From sequence record MZ501087: 47,731 nucleotides of DNA; one strand, 5' to 3'. Positions 10,270 through 20,400 of this stretch are shown piece after piece (position 1 is the stretch's first letter; each line of letters begins with the position of its first letter). Origin of the DNA: Escherichia phage JulesPiccard. The position numbers and the translations under genes were made by a program. Below the pieces are notes generated by a model, which ran no database searches, was not told the origin of the DNA, and saw nothing but the letters and a program-made list of their open reading frames with translations.

Positions 10270-10584
10270 ATGGCAAAGTTCAAACTTTCACTGGCGGCAC
10301 TTCCTGACTTTAAGCTGCCTGTAAAATTCAAGCTAGCTAACGACCAGGATGTAGAGGTTATTTTTACAGTCAAGCACAAGAAGACATCGGAACTTCAGGA
10401 GTTGCTACAGAAAGAAGACTTGAGTACCAAAGAATTGATTATGGCAATCGCCTCTGATTGGGATCTGGAAGAAGAATTTAATGAAGAAAACGTCATCGAG
10501 TTTGCTGATTTATTCCCATCCTCCACAGTTGCGCTTACTACCGCTTATATGCAAGCGCTCGCTGGTCAACGAGTAAAAAACTAA
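10270..10584 (+). CDS. tail assembly chaperone (gpG-like)
   Basis: ~100-aa acidic protein just upstream of tape measure; slippery heptamer at its 3' end. Confidence 0.65.
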   Translation: MAKFKLSLAALPDFKLPVKFKLANDQDVEVIFTVKHKKTSELQELLQKEDLSTKELIMAIASDWDLEEEFNEENVIEFADLFPSSTVALTTAYMQALAGQRVKN

Positions 10585-10904
10585 AACGAGCGGTGTATCT
10601 CCAGTACCAGTCAGACCCAACCGATGCCGAGCTGGAAGCTATTGGGATGCGCCGCTCTGATTATGAAGATGAAGAGCCTGAGGTTTTACACTTCGACGAC
10701 AACATGATGAAGGCGTGGGACATTTACTGTTCAATGGCCACGCAATGGAGGGTTGGAGCTAACGGAGCTACAGGGCTAGATTACAACGTGCTAAACTTCC
10801 TCTTTAGAGTGTATAATGTCTCAGAAGAAGAATTGGTGCTCAGCGATTTACGCATCCTTGAAGCTAAGGCTCTTGAGATGATGGATAACCTGAGAAAAAA
10901 ATAA
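10270..10904 (+). CDS. tail assembly chaperone fusion (gpGT-like) via programmed -1 frameshift
   Basis: heptamer A_AAA_AAC at 10575..10581 immediately before G stop; -1 frame stays open to 10904. Confidence 0.55.
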
Positions 10905-10925
10905 CCCGCTTCGGCGGGTTTTCTA
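10904..10925 (+). terminator. terminator/attenuator between GT chaperone and tape measure
   Basis: ACCCGC-TTCG-GCGGGT then TTTCT. Confidence 0.55.
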
Positions 10926-10939
10926 TTATGGAGGCTTAG

Positions 10940-13915
10940 ATGGCAACAAATGAATTAGCCGGAATCACACTAGCCGTAGATGTCTCGCAAGTGGACAGGG
11001 GCACTCAATCCCTGCAAAAGTTCAGACAGGCTAACCAACAAGCGGCCTCTGGGATTAGTGAGTTCGTTGATGCCGAGAAGGTTGCAAGAATCCAGGCGAG
11101 AGACACCGCTAGATCGCTAGCGGAACAGCAAGCGTCACTAGCTAAGTTGCAAACAGCGATTGATCCAACAGCTGCAAAGTTCCGAAAACTTCAGGAAGCT
11201 GCCGCCGCTTTGGACAAGGCTTTCGCCGCTGGAGTGGTTCCTGATGAGGAGTTTTTCCGCTTAGGCGAGGCACTTGAAACGCAGAATGCAAAGCTCGCTC
11301 GCTCTCGCGCAGCTCTCACTGAAGAGGGTAGGGCAGCGGCTCAAGCAGCAAAGGAGAAAGCGAAAGCACAGGCGGCGGCGGATAGATTTATTGCATCACT
11401 TGAACGCCAGGCTCAGGCTGCAACATTGACGCGCGAGGAGTATTTAAAGTTACAGGCAGCACAGCTTGGCGTTAGTTCTCAGGCCGCGCCTATTATTGAC
11501 AGAATCGCCGAAGCTTCAGAGAGGGCTAATGTTCAATTAGCGAACCAAAGCAAGGCCTTTCAGAAGTCAGGGCTAAGCGCCGGTCAATACAAGAATGCCA
11601 TTAGCCAGTTGCCAGCACAGATTACAGATATTGGAACATCACTTGCTGGCGGCATTCCGATTTGGCTTATTGCAATTCAACAGGGTGGGCAGATCAAGGA
11701 TGCATTTGGCGGTATTGGTAACACCTTTAGGTTTGCCCTTGCTGCGCTAAATCCTTTTAATGTTGCCGTTGGTGTTCTTGGTGGTGCCCTTGTAGCTCTC
11801 GGTGTTGGTGCGGCTCAGGCTGAAAGTGAATTTAGAGCATTAAACTCTGCGATTGCATTCTCAAACAACTCGACAATTACGTCAATCTCGCAAGTTAGGC
11901 AGTTAGTTAGCTCTGTTTCTGATGCCACTGGCGCCACCAGGGGCCTTGTGACTAGCATCGCAACAAGCCTTATTGAGCAAGGAAACCTTACGCTAACGCA
12001 GATTGATAAGATTACTAAATCAACCGCGAGATGGGCGCAGTTGACAGGTAGGGATGCGAAGGAGATTGCTGGTTACTATAACCAGATTGCAAGCGACCCA
12101 ATCCAGGGTTTAGTTGATTTGGATAAGCGATTTAACTTCCTCACGCAGGGGCAGTTGACGACAATCGAGAACCTGAGAAAGACAAGGGGAGAAGTTGAGG
12201 CTGTTACCGCTGCTATTGATATTTTCAGTAAGTCGCAGGAAGCCAACCTTAACGACATTGCAGCACAGTTAACTCCGCTTGAGTTAGCCTGGAATGATTT
12301 CAAAAAGTACATCTCTGATATCTGGGATGCAATTAGCCGTAGAACGGTTGGGGCGCTAAACCTGTTTGTTGACGTAATAGCTGGAACCATTGAGCAAATT
12401 AGGGTCTTCATTAACCAGGGCGATGTGCTGATTGGTGAATTCGTAATTAGTGCAACGCAGGCATTGCAGAACATTCCTGGTCTTGATGGTGTTGGTGATG
12501 ATGTTATCAAGAGTCAGCAGAAGATTATCGATGCCGCTAAGAAGCAAAACCTTGAGCTAGAAAAGTCTATCAGGGAGCGAGATGCCAGAATAAGAGAAGG
12601 GGAGCTTGGTTACGTTACTCGCAGAGAAAATCAGAACACCAATGAGCAATCAGGTACTGATGAGGAATTTGCAAAAAGGAAGAAGGCACTTCAGGATGAG
12701 CTTGACGCGATCAAGAAAAACAGGAAAGAAGAAAATGGTAGGGTTAAAGAGCAAAGAGACCTAACAATAGGTTATGAATCTGGCGTTCTGGCGCTTCAGG
12801 CTCAGCTAAAAGTTCTTCAGGAAAACAGGGATATCGGCGCAGTAATAAGTAACGAGCGCAAGCAGTACCTTCAGGAAGAGGCTAAATTCAGGATTCTTGA
12901 GCAGAGACAACTTGATGGCTCAATAACCAAAGAGCAGGCAAGGCTTCTCATTGAAAAGGATAAGGTTCTTGAATTGGCAAGGCAGAAGGCTGAGCTAGGT
13001 GATCAGATTGTTTTGCAGGAGCGAGCCAATAAGTTAGCTGAAGATAACAGGAAGAAGATTCTTCAGATTAACAATGAAGCAAACAACATTGATTTAGGCG
13101 CTGCATTGTCATCTCGCGAGCAGCAAAGACTTAAAGAGATTCAGGCTCTTGAGTCCAATCAGGTTAACGCTGGTGGTTCTCTTGAAGACGTAGATTTTCA
13201 GCAACTCCTCGAAGCAAGACGTAATTTTTATGCTCAGGAAGATGCGCTACGTGAAAACTGGCTTGCTGGCGTGAATCAATCCTTTGCTGACTGGGCTGAG
13301 AGCGCTACAGATGCCTTCTCAATTGCTGGAAGTTTAACCACCACCGTATTTGAGGGTATTACCGACCAGATTACCAACCTGGTAACAACTGGTGAGACTA
13401 ACTTCAGGGAATTTACCGTTAGCATTCTTAAGCAGATTGCTAAGATTGCAACCCAGCTTCTTATTGTCAAGGCTATTGAGTCCAGCTTAAGTAGCTTCGG
13501 TGGTACTGGTGGCGCTATTGGTTCAATTGCTTCTGGTTTAGGGTTCGCTAGCGGCGGCTACACTGGAGATGGTGGAAAATATCAGCCAGCAGGCACGGTT
13601 CATCGTGGAGAGTTTGTATTCACAAAAGAAGCGACAAGCCGAATTGGTGTTAAGAACCTTTATGCATTAATGAAAGGTTACGCAAACGGTGGTATTGTTG
13701 GTGGTACTTCTGGTTATGCTGGTGGCGGATTGGTTTCTGGTGGCCCTAATGTTGATGTTAGCGGTATAACTGTTAACGTGAACTCGGGGGTAGGTAGCGA
13801 CCCAGAGCAAGCTAAGGCATTGCAAAGTGGCGTCAAGGCAATCGTAGCGGAAGAGATTGCTCAGTCCTTCCAGCAGGGTGGGCGAGCTTATCAGTACCTT
13901 CGTGGATTCAACTAA
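10940..13915 (+). CDS. tail tape measure protein
   Basis: 991 aa, Ala/Gln-rich coiled coils, hydrophobic segments, Gly-rich C-terminus; RBS GGAGG. Confidence 0.85.
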   Translation: MATNELAGITLAVDVSQVDRGTQSLQKFRQANQQAASGISEFVDAEKVARIQARDTARSLAEQQASLAKLQTAIDPTAAKFRKLQEAAAALDKAFAAGVVPDEEFFRLGEALETQNAKLARSRAALTEEGRAAAQAAKEKAKAQAAADRFIASLERQAQAATLTREEYLKLQAAQLGVSSQAAPIIDRIAEASERANVQLANQSKAFQKSGLSAGQYKNAISQLPAQITDIGTSLAGGIPIWLIAIQQGGQIKDAFGGIGNTFRFALAALNPFNVAVGVLGGALVALGVGAAQAESEFRALNSAIAFSNNSTITSISQVRQLVSSVSDATGATRGLVTSIATSLIEQGNLTLTQIDKITKSTARWAQLTGRDAKEIAGYYNQIASDPIQGLVDLDKRFNFLTQGQLTTIENLRKTRGEVEAVTAAIDIFSKSQEANLNDIAAQLTPLELAWNDFKKYISDIWDAISRRTVGALNLFVDVIAGTIEQIRVFINQGDVLIGEFVISATQALQNIPGLDGVGDDVIKSQQKIIDAAKKQNLELEKSIRERDARIREGELGYVTRRENQNTNEQSGTDEEFAKRKKALQDELDAIKKNRKEENGRVKEQRDLTIGYESGVLALQAQLKVLQENRDIGAVISNERKQYLQEEAKFRILEQRQLDGSITKEQARLLIEKDKVLELARQKAELGDQIVLQERANKLAEDNRKKILQINNEANNIDLGAALSSREQQRLKEIQALESNQVNAGGSLEDVDFQQLLEARRNFYAQEDALRENWLAGVNQSFADWAESATDAFSIAGSLTTTVFEGITDQITNLVTTGETNFREFTVSILKQIAKIATQLLIVKAIESSLSSFGGTGGAIGSIASGLGFASGGYTGDGGKYQPAGTVHRGEFVFTKEATSRIGVKNLYALMKGYANGGIVGGTSGYAGGGLVSGGPNVDVSGITVNVNSGVGSDPEQAKALQSGVKAIVAEEIAQSFQQGGRAYQYLRGFN

Positions 13916-13920
13916 TTAAT

Positions 13921-13945
13921 GGGGCTTCGGCCCCTAAGGATTTTT
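13921..13945 (+). terminator. hairpin (possible attenuator) after tape measure
   Basis: GGGGC-TTCG-GCCCC followed by TAAGGATTTTT. Confidence 0.4.
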
Positions 13946-14296
13946 ATGGCAATTGATACATTTACCTGGTGTACTCAGATTCAAGGTGGCTCAGCCTCCT
14001 TTAGTAACACGAATAACGTTCGCATAGTTAGCTTTGGCAATGGTTATGAACAGCGTGGGACTGGCGGCTACCGAAGCAACAAGCGAAGTTACCAGATGAC
14101 CTACACTAACAAGGACTGGCGTAATGTGATGGATTTCTGTTTCAACCACATCATCACTCCATTCTTCTGGACTACGCCGCAAGGTGATACGTCAATGTTT
14201 GTGATCCAGCAGGATAGCATTAGCGTTACACCACTCAGTAATGAAGTTCAGACTGTAAGCATGCAATTCGTGGAAGTCTTTAGCTCAATGCGTTAA
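13946..14296 (+). CDS. minor tail protein (lambda gpM-like)
   Basis: 116 aa immediately after tape measure; conserved lambda-like order H-M-L-K-I-J. Confidence 0.6.
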   Translation: MAIDTFTWCTQIQGGSASFSNTNNVRIVSFGNGYEQRGTGGYRSNKRSYQMTYTNKDWRNVMDFCFNHIITPFFWTTPQGDTSMFVIQQDSISVTPLSNEVQTVSMQFVEVFSSMR

Positions 14297-14297
14297 A

Positions 14298-14340
14298 TAG
14301 CACTTTTTGCTAAACAGTATTGACATGGATGTCGTATATT
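14298..14340 (+). promoter_or_regulatory. conserved promoter/operator element
   Basis: TAGCACTTTTTGCTAAA, 22 bp, TATATT; leader ACAAAACGAGAGGAGG. Confidence 0.55.
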
Positions 14341-14370
14341 TAATTCAACAAAACGAGAGGAGGATATGAT

Positions 14371-14745
14371 ATGAAGGCTATTTTTAAAGGATCTGCTGGT
14401 AGTGAATTCCTGGTTAAGCGCAACTTTACAGTTGGCAAGGAGTATGATCTGGAAGATGCCAAATTCGGTTTTTACATAACTCAGGATAATCAAGGCAAAA
14501 GCTTGATTTTTCAGAATGGAGTTGATTACACATTTGATTTAGTTGTTGCTGATAGCTTTATCAAGAGCACTGTATGCGAAGATTCAGGCAATGAGGTGGT
14601 AAAGCGCAATGAGAACAAGATGGTCTACCGAATGAATGGTGTAGATGTGACTTGTGACTACTTTAGCGAAAAGCTGTTAGAGGTTGAGTTACTTAAAGCT
14701 AAAGGCGTTTCGGTATTTATCGACTTCGAAGTTAGTTTTGAATAG
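14371..14745 (+). CDS. hypothetical protein, cargo gene (paralog of 2248..2625)
   Basis: RBS GAGAGGAGG; own promoter element at 14298 and terminator at 14765; C-terminal IDFEVSFE. Confidence 0.6.
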   Translation: MKAIFKGSAGSEFLVKRNFTVGKEYDLEDAKFGFYITQDNQGKSLIFQNGVDYTFDLVVADSFIKSTVCEDSGNEVVKRNENKMVYRMNGVDVTCDYFSEKLLEVELLKAKGVSVFIDFEVSFE

Positions 14746-14763
14746 TTAAGGATGATGTTAAAC

Positions 14764-14793
14764 TAGGTCAATCGAGAGATTGGCCTTTTTTTA
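14764..14793 (+). terminator. intrinsic terminator after cargo gene
   Basis: imperfect hairpin plus TTTTTTT. Confidence 0.5.
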
Positions 14794-14805
14794 TTGGAGA
14801 AAATC

Positions 14806-15561
14806 ATGTTAAGTCCAAAGTTTGAAAATCAGTTGCAAAGCCTTTTCCCTGGCGAGATTGTAACTCTAATCCAGGTTGACGGCACGTCCTTCGGAAGTCT
14901 CGTTTACAATTTCCACAATGAGAACATTTCATACACACCTGAAGAAATCATGCTAGCCCAAATGAATGGTGAGCCACTACCAGAGAAAACCATCACCTTT
15001 CGTGGTGAAGAGTACGGCCCAAGACCTTTTGGAATCTCGGGCATAAATATGACCTCTGACGGCAAGGCAAACAAGGTTACGCTAACAGTATCAAACGTAG
15101 ACCAGCGCATTAGCGCATTGATTCGCACATACAACGGACTTGTTAAAGCTAAGGTTACCATCTGGATTACTACGCGAGATAACATCAATGAAGACGGAAG
15201 CATTGCTGATGGGGATTATCGCAGATTCGTTTACTTCATTGAGCGACCAAAGCAGGTTGACTACAAGACGGCATCATTTGAGCTAAGCAGCCCGATGGAT
15301 ATGGATGGTATTTACATTCCTGCTCGACTTGTTCAGTCTGTTTGCTATTTCGCCTCTAGGGGTTGGTATCGTAGCGGTAATGGTTGCGCTTATGCTGGAA
15401 ACAGATACTTCAACAAGGATGACGAGCCAGTATCAGACCCTTCATTAGACTTCTGCGCAGGAACTGTTAACAGTTGCAAGCTTAGATTTGGTGAGAATAA
15501 TCAGTTAGATTTCGGCGGTTGCGCTGCAGCAAGCCTTCAGGCTAAAGCTAATCAATCATAG
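14806..15561 (+). CDS. minor tail protein (lambda gpL-like)
   Basis: 251 aa with C-terminal Cys cluster (CYFA..CAYAG..CAG..C..CAAA) as in Fe-S binding gpL; position. Confidence 0.7.
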   Translation: MLSPKFENQLQSLFPGEIVTLIQVDGTSFGSLVYNFHNENISYTPEEIMLAQMNGEPLPEKTITFRGEEYGPRPFGISGINMTSDGKANKVTLTVSNVDQRISALIRTYNGLVKAKVTIWITTRDNINEDGSIADGDYRRFVYFIERPKQVDYKTASFELSSPMDMDGIYIPARLVQSVCYFASRGWYRSGNGCAYAGNRYFNKDDEPVSDPSLDFCAGTVNSCKLRFGENNQLDFGGCAAASLQAKANQS

Positions 15562-15606
15562 CACTTTTTGTTAAGAGGATGGTCCAGACTTGGGCTATCC
15601 TATAAT
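15559..15606 (+). promoter_or_regulatory. conserved promoter/operator element (upstream of HNH gene)
   Basis: TAGCACTTTTTGTTAAG ... TATAAT. Confidence 0.5.
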
Positions 15607-15628
15607 CTCTTATATTGGTGGTTAAAAT

Positions 15629-16111
15629 ATGAATTGGAATGATTACTTTAGATATGAAAGCGGCAACCTATACTGGTTGACAAAGAGAAAGGGAGTTAGA
15701 GCAAGTGGACTTGCCGGCTATTCAAGGAAGGACGGTTATGTTCAGGTTAGAGTTTCAGGAAAAGCCTTCCTTGCGCACAGAATTATATGGGAAATGCATA
15801 ATGGATTGATACCAGAAGGCATGGAGATAGATCACATAAACCACAACCCAGGAGACAATTCAATCGAAAATCTTAGGGTCGTCACATGCAAAGACAATCA
15901 AATGAATAGACCAATCAGGCTGTTGAGTAAAAGCGGCTTTAACGGTGTCACTTGGCACAAAAAATCAAAAAAATGGCAGGCAACGGCAAGAGTTAATGGA
16001 AAAACAAGATACTTCGGTCTGTTTGATGATCCAATCGATGCCTCAAAGGCAATGCGTTCATTTTTTATGGAAAATAATTTCCATCCAAATCATGGGGAAA
16101 AACGATGTTAA
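15629..16111 (+). CDS. HNH homing endonuclease (HNH plus AP2-like DNA-binding region)
   Basis: LAHRIIWEMHNGLIPEGMEIDHINHNPGDNSIENLRVVTCKDNQ (HNH motif); GVTWHKKSKKWQA..NGK..YFGLFD (AP2-like); own promoter element. Confidence 0.8.
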   Translation: MNWNDYFRYESGNLYWLTKRKGVRASGLAGYSRKDGYVQVRVSGKAFLAHRIIWEMHNGLIPEGMEIDHINHNPGDNSIENLRVVTCKDNQMNRPIRLLSKSGFNGVTWHKKSKKWQATARVNGKTRYFGLFDDPIDASKAMRSFFMENNFHPNHGEKRC

Positions 16112-16863
16112 CACCAAAAGTTAAACTAGAAATCTTCCAGCACGCAAAGGAAGTTTACCCGCACGAATGCTGTGGGGTTGTCACACAGAAGGGTCGAGCC
16201 CAGAAATATCACAGAATCACCAATGCCAGCAAAGACCCTGAAAATGAGTTTATCCTTGATTCAAATGAGTATGCAGATGTTCTCTTTGAGTTAGCTCACA
16301 ATGAATCTATTGTTTATGTAGTTCACTCTCACACTGGTGACGGTGCCACAACAAGACCCAGTCCTGCGGATATCTGTAGCTGTAATGAATGCGAGATTCC
16401 TTACGTTATTGTAAGCATTCCTGAGGGAGACATGCGGATTCTTGAGCCATCAAAAATGCCACTGATTGGTCGGCCGTGGGGTTTGGGTAGCTTTGATTGC
16501 TGGGAGTTGGTTATGGCATTTCACAAGAAATACGGCGTCAAACTGAATGACTATCGCGTTAATTACCCGTGGTGGGAGAAGAAGTACGGAGAAAATATCT
16601 ATGATGACAACTGGATTAAGGAAGGTTTTGATCTGGTAAAAACTTCGGATATTCCTGTTGGCTCAATGATTATGATGCAGGTGCAAAGCGAGGTTACAAA
16701 CCACGCCGGAATCTACATTGGCAATAACAGGTTCATCCACCATCTCTATGGTAAAATGAGCTCTGTTGATATCTACTCCGATTACTGGCGAGAGCGCACC
16801 GTGAGAATCGTTCGTCACAAGGATTTACCAGAGGATGTAATTTATGACCCAGAAACTGATTGA
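16105..16863 (+). CDS. tail assembly protein (lambda gpK-like; JAB/MPN plus NlpC/P60-like)
   Basis: HSHTGDG..SPAD (JAMM-like) and downstream Cys/His region; position after L. Confidence 0.7.
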   Translation: MLTPKVKLEIFQHAKEVYPHECCGVVTQKGRAQKYHRITNASKDPENEFILDSNEYADVLFELAHNESIVYVVHSHTGDGATTRPSPADICSCNECEIPYVIVSIPEGDMRILEPSKMPLIGRPWGLGSFDCWELVMAFHKKYGVKLNDYRVNYPWWEKKYGENIYDDNWIKEGFDLVKTSDIPVGSMIMMQVQSEVTNHAGIYIGNNRFIHHLYGKMSSVDIYSDYWRERTVRIVRHKDLPEDVIYDPETD

Positions 16864-17416
16864 TATTAAGTTAGGCCTGTCTCTAGGCCGTAAGTTTGGC
16901 AAGATTCACCAAATGGCGGTGAGTAGCGTGCCAGAGGCTATGCGAGCGCTTTGTTCTCAGATTCCAGCATTCAAAGAATTTATGAACAGTCATGTTGGTC
17001 AAAATACTAGATATGCAATTTTCGTTGATGGCAAAAATGTGAATGAACATAGAATTTCTGATTTCAGTGCCGTTCAGGAGATACGCATCTTACCAATACC
17101 TCAAGGTCGAAAGTCTGGCGGTTTGTTTCAGACAATACTAGGCGCCGCGCTTATCACGGTTGGCATCTTCACTGGCCAGATTTATCTTGTCGGTGCTGGT
17201 GTATCTTTGGCTGCTGGTGGTATTGCGCAATTACTTTCACCACAGGCAACTGGTTTGAAGACCCAGGACAACCAAACAAGCAACCGCGCATCATACGCAT
17301 TTGGCTCTGCTGTTAACACGGTAGCTGCTGGTTATCCGGTTTGCTTACCTTATGGATATCGAACGGTTGGCGGATCCGTGTTTAGTGCCGGATCGTATAG
17401 TGAAGACATTGCTTAA
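16844..17416 (+). CDS. tail assembly protein (lambda gpI-like)
   Basis: 190 aa with C-terminal Gly/Ala-rich hydrophobic region; overlaps K; precedes J. Confidence 0.6.
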   Translation: MTQKLIDIKLGLSLGRKFGKIHQMAVSSVPEAMRALCSQIPAFKEFMNSHVGQNTRYAIFVDGKNVNEHRISDFSAVQEIRILPIPQGRKSGGLFQTILGAALITVGIFTGQIYLVGAGVSLAAGGIAQLLSPQATGLKTQDNQTSNRASYAFGSAVNTVAAGYPVCLPYGYRTVGGSVFSAGSYSEDIA

Positions 17417-17424
17417 ATACCATA

Positions 17425-17446
17425 CCCGCCTAGTGCGGGTTTTTTA
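17425..17446 (+). terminator. intrinsic terminator
   Basis: CCCGC-CTAGT-GCGGG then TTTTTT. Confidence 0.7.
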
Positions 17447-17457
17447 TTTAGTGTAGA

Positions 17458-20400
17458 ATGGCGCAAATGATCAAAACAAACATGAGGCTTTGTGATATGG
17501 CTGAAGAGATTAAGATTTATGGTGCTAAAGGCGGTAGCCAGAAGCAACACCAACCAGTGGAGCAGGAAGATAACCTTATTTCACTTAACAAGGTTAAGGT
17601 GTTACTTGCGGTTGCTGACGGAGAGGTGGACCCTAACTTCTCATTGAAGGATTTATACCTTGCTGACGTTCCGGTACAAAACCAGAATGGCACATACAAC
17701 TATGAAGGAGTTCGAGCCGAGTTTAGGGCTGGTACGCAGTATCAGGATTACATCGCTGGGCTTGATGGTGCAAACTCGGAGATTCAGGCTTCAAGGGAAA
17801 TCACAAACGATACCCCGTACATCATTGCGGTTAACAATACTCAGCTATCAGCAATTCGAGTTAAACTCTTTTGGCCCAGACTAGTTAAGCAAGAAAGTAA
17901 CGGAGACCTTGTTGGAACTACTTGCGAGTACGCAATTGACCTGTCTGTTAATGGTGGCGCTTACCAGGAATACACTCGGGGAGTTGCTAACGGCAAGACA
18001 ACTACAGGTTACGATCGCAGCATTCGTGTAAACCTTCCTGCTGAATTTGATAGCGCACTGGTTCGCATCCGCAAGATTACAGCGGACTCAACGAGTAGCA
18101 CACTGGTAAACGGAATGCAAATTACAACCTATCAGGAAGTAATCGACGCTAAATTTCGCTACCCTCTTACGGCTCTGGTTTATGTTGAGTTTGGTTCTGA
18201 CCTTTTTCCTAACGGGATCCCGACAATCTCAATCAAGAAGCGCTGGAAGCTAATTCAGGTTCCGACAAACTACAACCCAGAGACCAGGACTTACAGCGGC
18301 ACATGGAATGGCCTGTTCAAAATGGCATGGTCAAACAACCCAGCCTGGGTTCTTTATGATCTAGTGACAAATCGCCGCTATGGCCTTGACCAGCGAGAGT
18401 TGGGTGTAGAGATTGATAAGTGGGGGCTGTATGAAGCGGCGCAATTCTGTGACCAGATGGTTCCAGATGGCAAGGGTGGCTTAGAGCCGAGATACCTTTG
18501 CGATATGGTTGTTCAAAACAAGGTTGAGGCATACACACTAATTCGTGATATCTGTTCAATCTTCCGTGGACTAACTTTCTATGATGGCGAAAAGATTGGC
18601 ATCGTTGTTGATAAGCCTCGCAATCCATCATACATCTTCACGAATGATAACGTTGTAAACGGATTATTCAGCCGCACATTTGCCAGCGATAAGAGTCTTT
18701 ACACTACCGCGAACGTACAGTTTGACGATGTGGAGAACAACTATCAGCAAGATGTTGAGCCGGTATTTGAACTGGAAGCAACTCGCCGATTCGGGTTTAA
18801 TCCAGTCGATCTTACGGCAATCGGATGTACTCGCAGAAGTGAAGCAAACAGACGCGGCAGGTGGCTCCTGAAAACAAACCTGAGAAGCGAAACTATCAGC
18901 TTCACTACCGGATTGGAAGGCATGATTCCGATGATTGGTGAGGTTATCGCGGTCAACGATGCAGCATGGTCGAGCAACTATCAGTTAAACCTTTCCGGTC
19001 GTATTGAATCAGTGCAGGGATTGCAGGTTTTTACACCGTTTAAAGTTGACGCGGCGCCGGGTGACAGAATTCTTCTGAACAAGCCAGACGGGAGCCCGGA
19101 GGCGAGAACTATTGCAAGCGTTTCGGAAGATGGTAGGACGATTAACCTGAACACGGCGTTCAGCTTTGTAGCTCAACCTGATACTGTGTTCGCAATCGAT
19201 AAGGACAATCTGGCGCTTCAGCAGTATGTTGTGACCGGGATTCAAAAAGCAGATTCTGACGGTTCGGATTCATTCCAGTACACAATTACCGCTGTAGAGT
19301 ATGACCCAAACAAGTACGACGAGATTGATTATGGCGTAAACATTGTTGACCGCCCAACTTCAATTGTAGAGCCTGACAGATTGTCGCCACCTGAGAATTT
19401 AACAGTATCAAGCTACAGCAAGATTGTTCAGGGCTTATCAGTTGAGACGATGGTGATTGGCTGGGACAAGGCGCCATACGCTAAAACCTACAATGTTCAG
19501 TGGAGGAAAGAAAATGGCAACTGGATTAACGTACCAAGAACAGCTAGCACAGAGGTTGATATCGAAGGTATTTACGCAGGAATCTATGACGTTAGGGTTC
19601 GAAGCGTATCAGATACTGAAAACGTGTCTGCCTGGTCTGACATTGTAACGGTATCGCTAACTGGCAAGATTGGTCGCCCGTCGGCACCTACAGTTATCAC
19701 GGCATCAACTGATGAAGTGTTTGGCATCCGTGTTAAGTGGGGATTCCCTGAGGGCTCTGGTGACACTGCTTACACTGAACTTCAGCAGGTTCCTGATAAT
19801 GGTGATGGTACTTATAATCCTGATAATGCAAGTTTACTTACGTTACTTCCGTATCCGGCCTATGAATACTGGCACACGCCAATTCAGCCTGGCAAGGTTA
19901 TCTGGTATCGCGCAAGATTGATTGACAGAATCGGGAACACCTCTGATTGGTCTGATTTCGCGAGAGGCATGAGTACTGATGATGCCAACATAATCAACGA
20001 TTACATCAAGGTTGATATTGAGGGTTCGGAAGGATTCAAATATCTCGAGCAGAATGCGATTCAAAAGAACCAGGATGTTCAGAACCAAGCCGAGGCAATT
20101 ATCGAGAACGCATTGGCAAACGATACTGATGTTCGCCGCATGACAAAGGAGAATGGCGCCAGAAAGGCTGAGTTTGTTCAAGCAGTGAATCTCATAGCTG
20201 ATGAAACTCAGGCGCGTGTAGAGGCTCTTACGCAGCTTAAGTCACAGATTGATGACGAGATTGTTGGTCAGATTACAATGATTGAAACGGCGCTGGCTAC
20301 AGAGACTGAAGCTAGAGCAACGGCTGACACTCAGCTATCAGCAAGGATTGGTGATAACGAGGCCGCTCTAAACCAGAAGCTGGACGCATTCTCTAACGCA

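Noticed and set aside
12076-12547. ORFs antisense to the tape measure gene
   Set aside because: Fully embedded on the opposite strand of a high-confidence 991-aa gene; no independent signals.
17458-17497. Upstream ATG 17458 as start of the J-like gene
   Set aside because: Not rejected outright but uncertain: an internal ATG at 17498 (MAEEIKIYG) is an equally plausible start; kept the longer ORF in the feature list.
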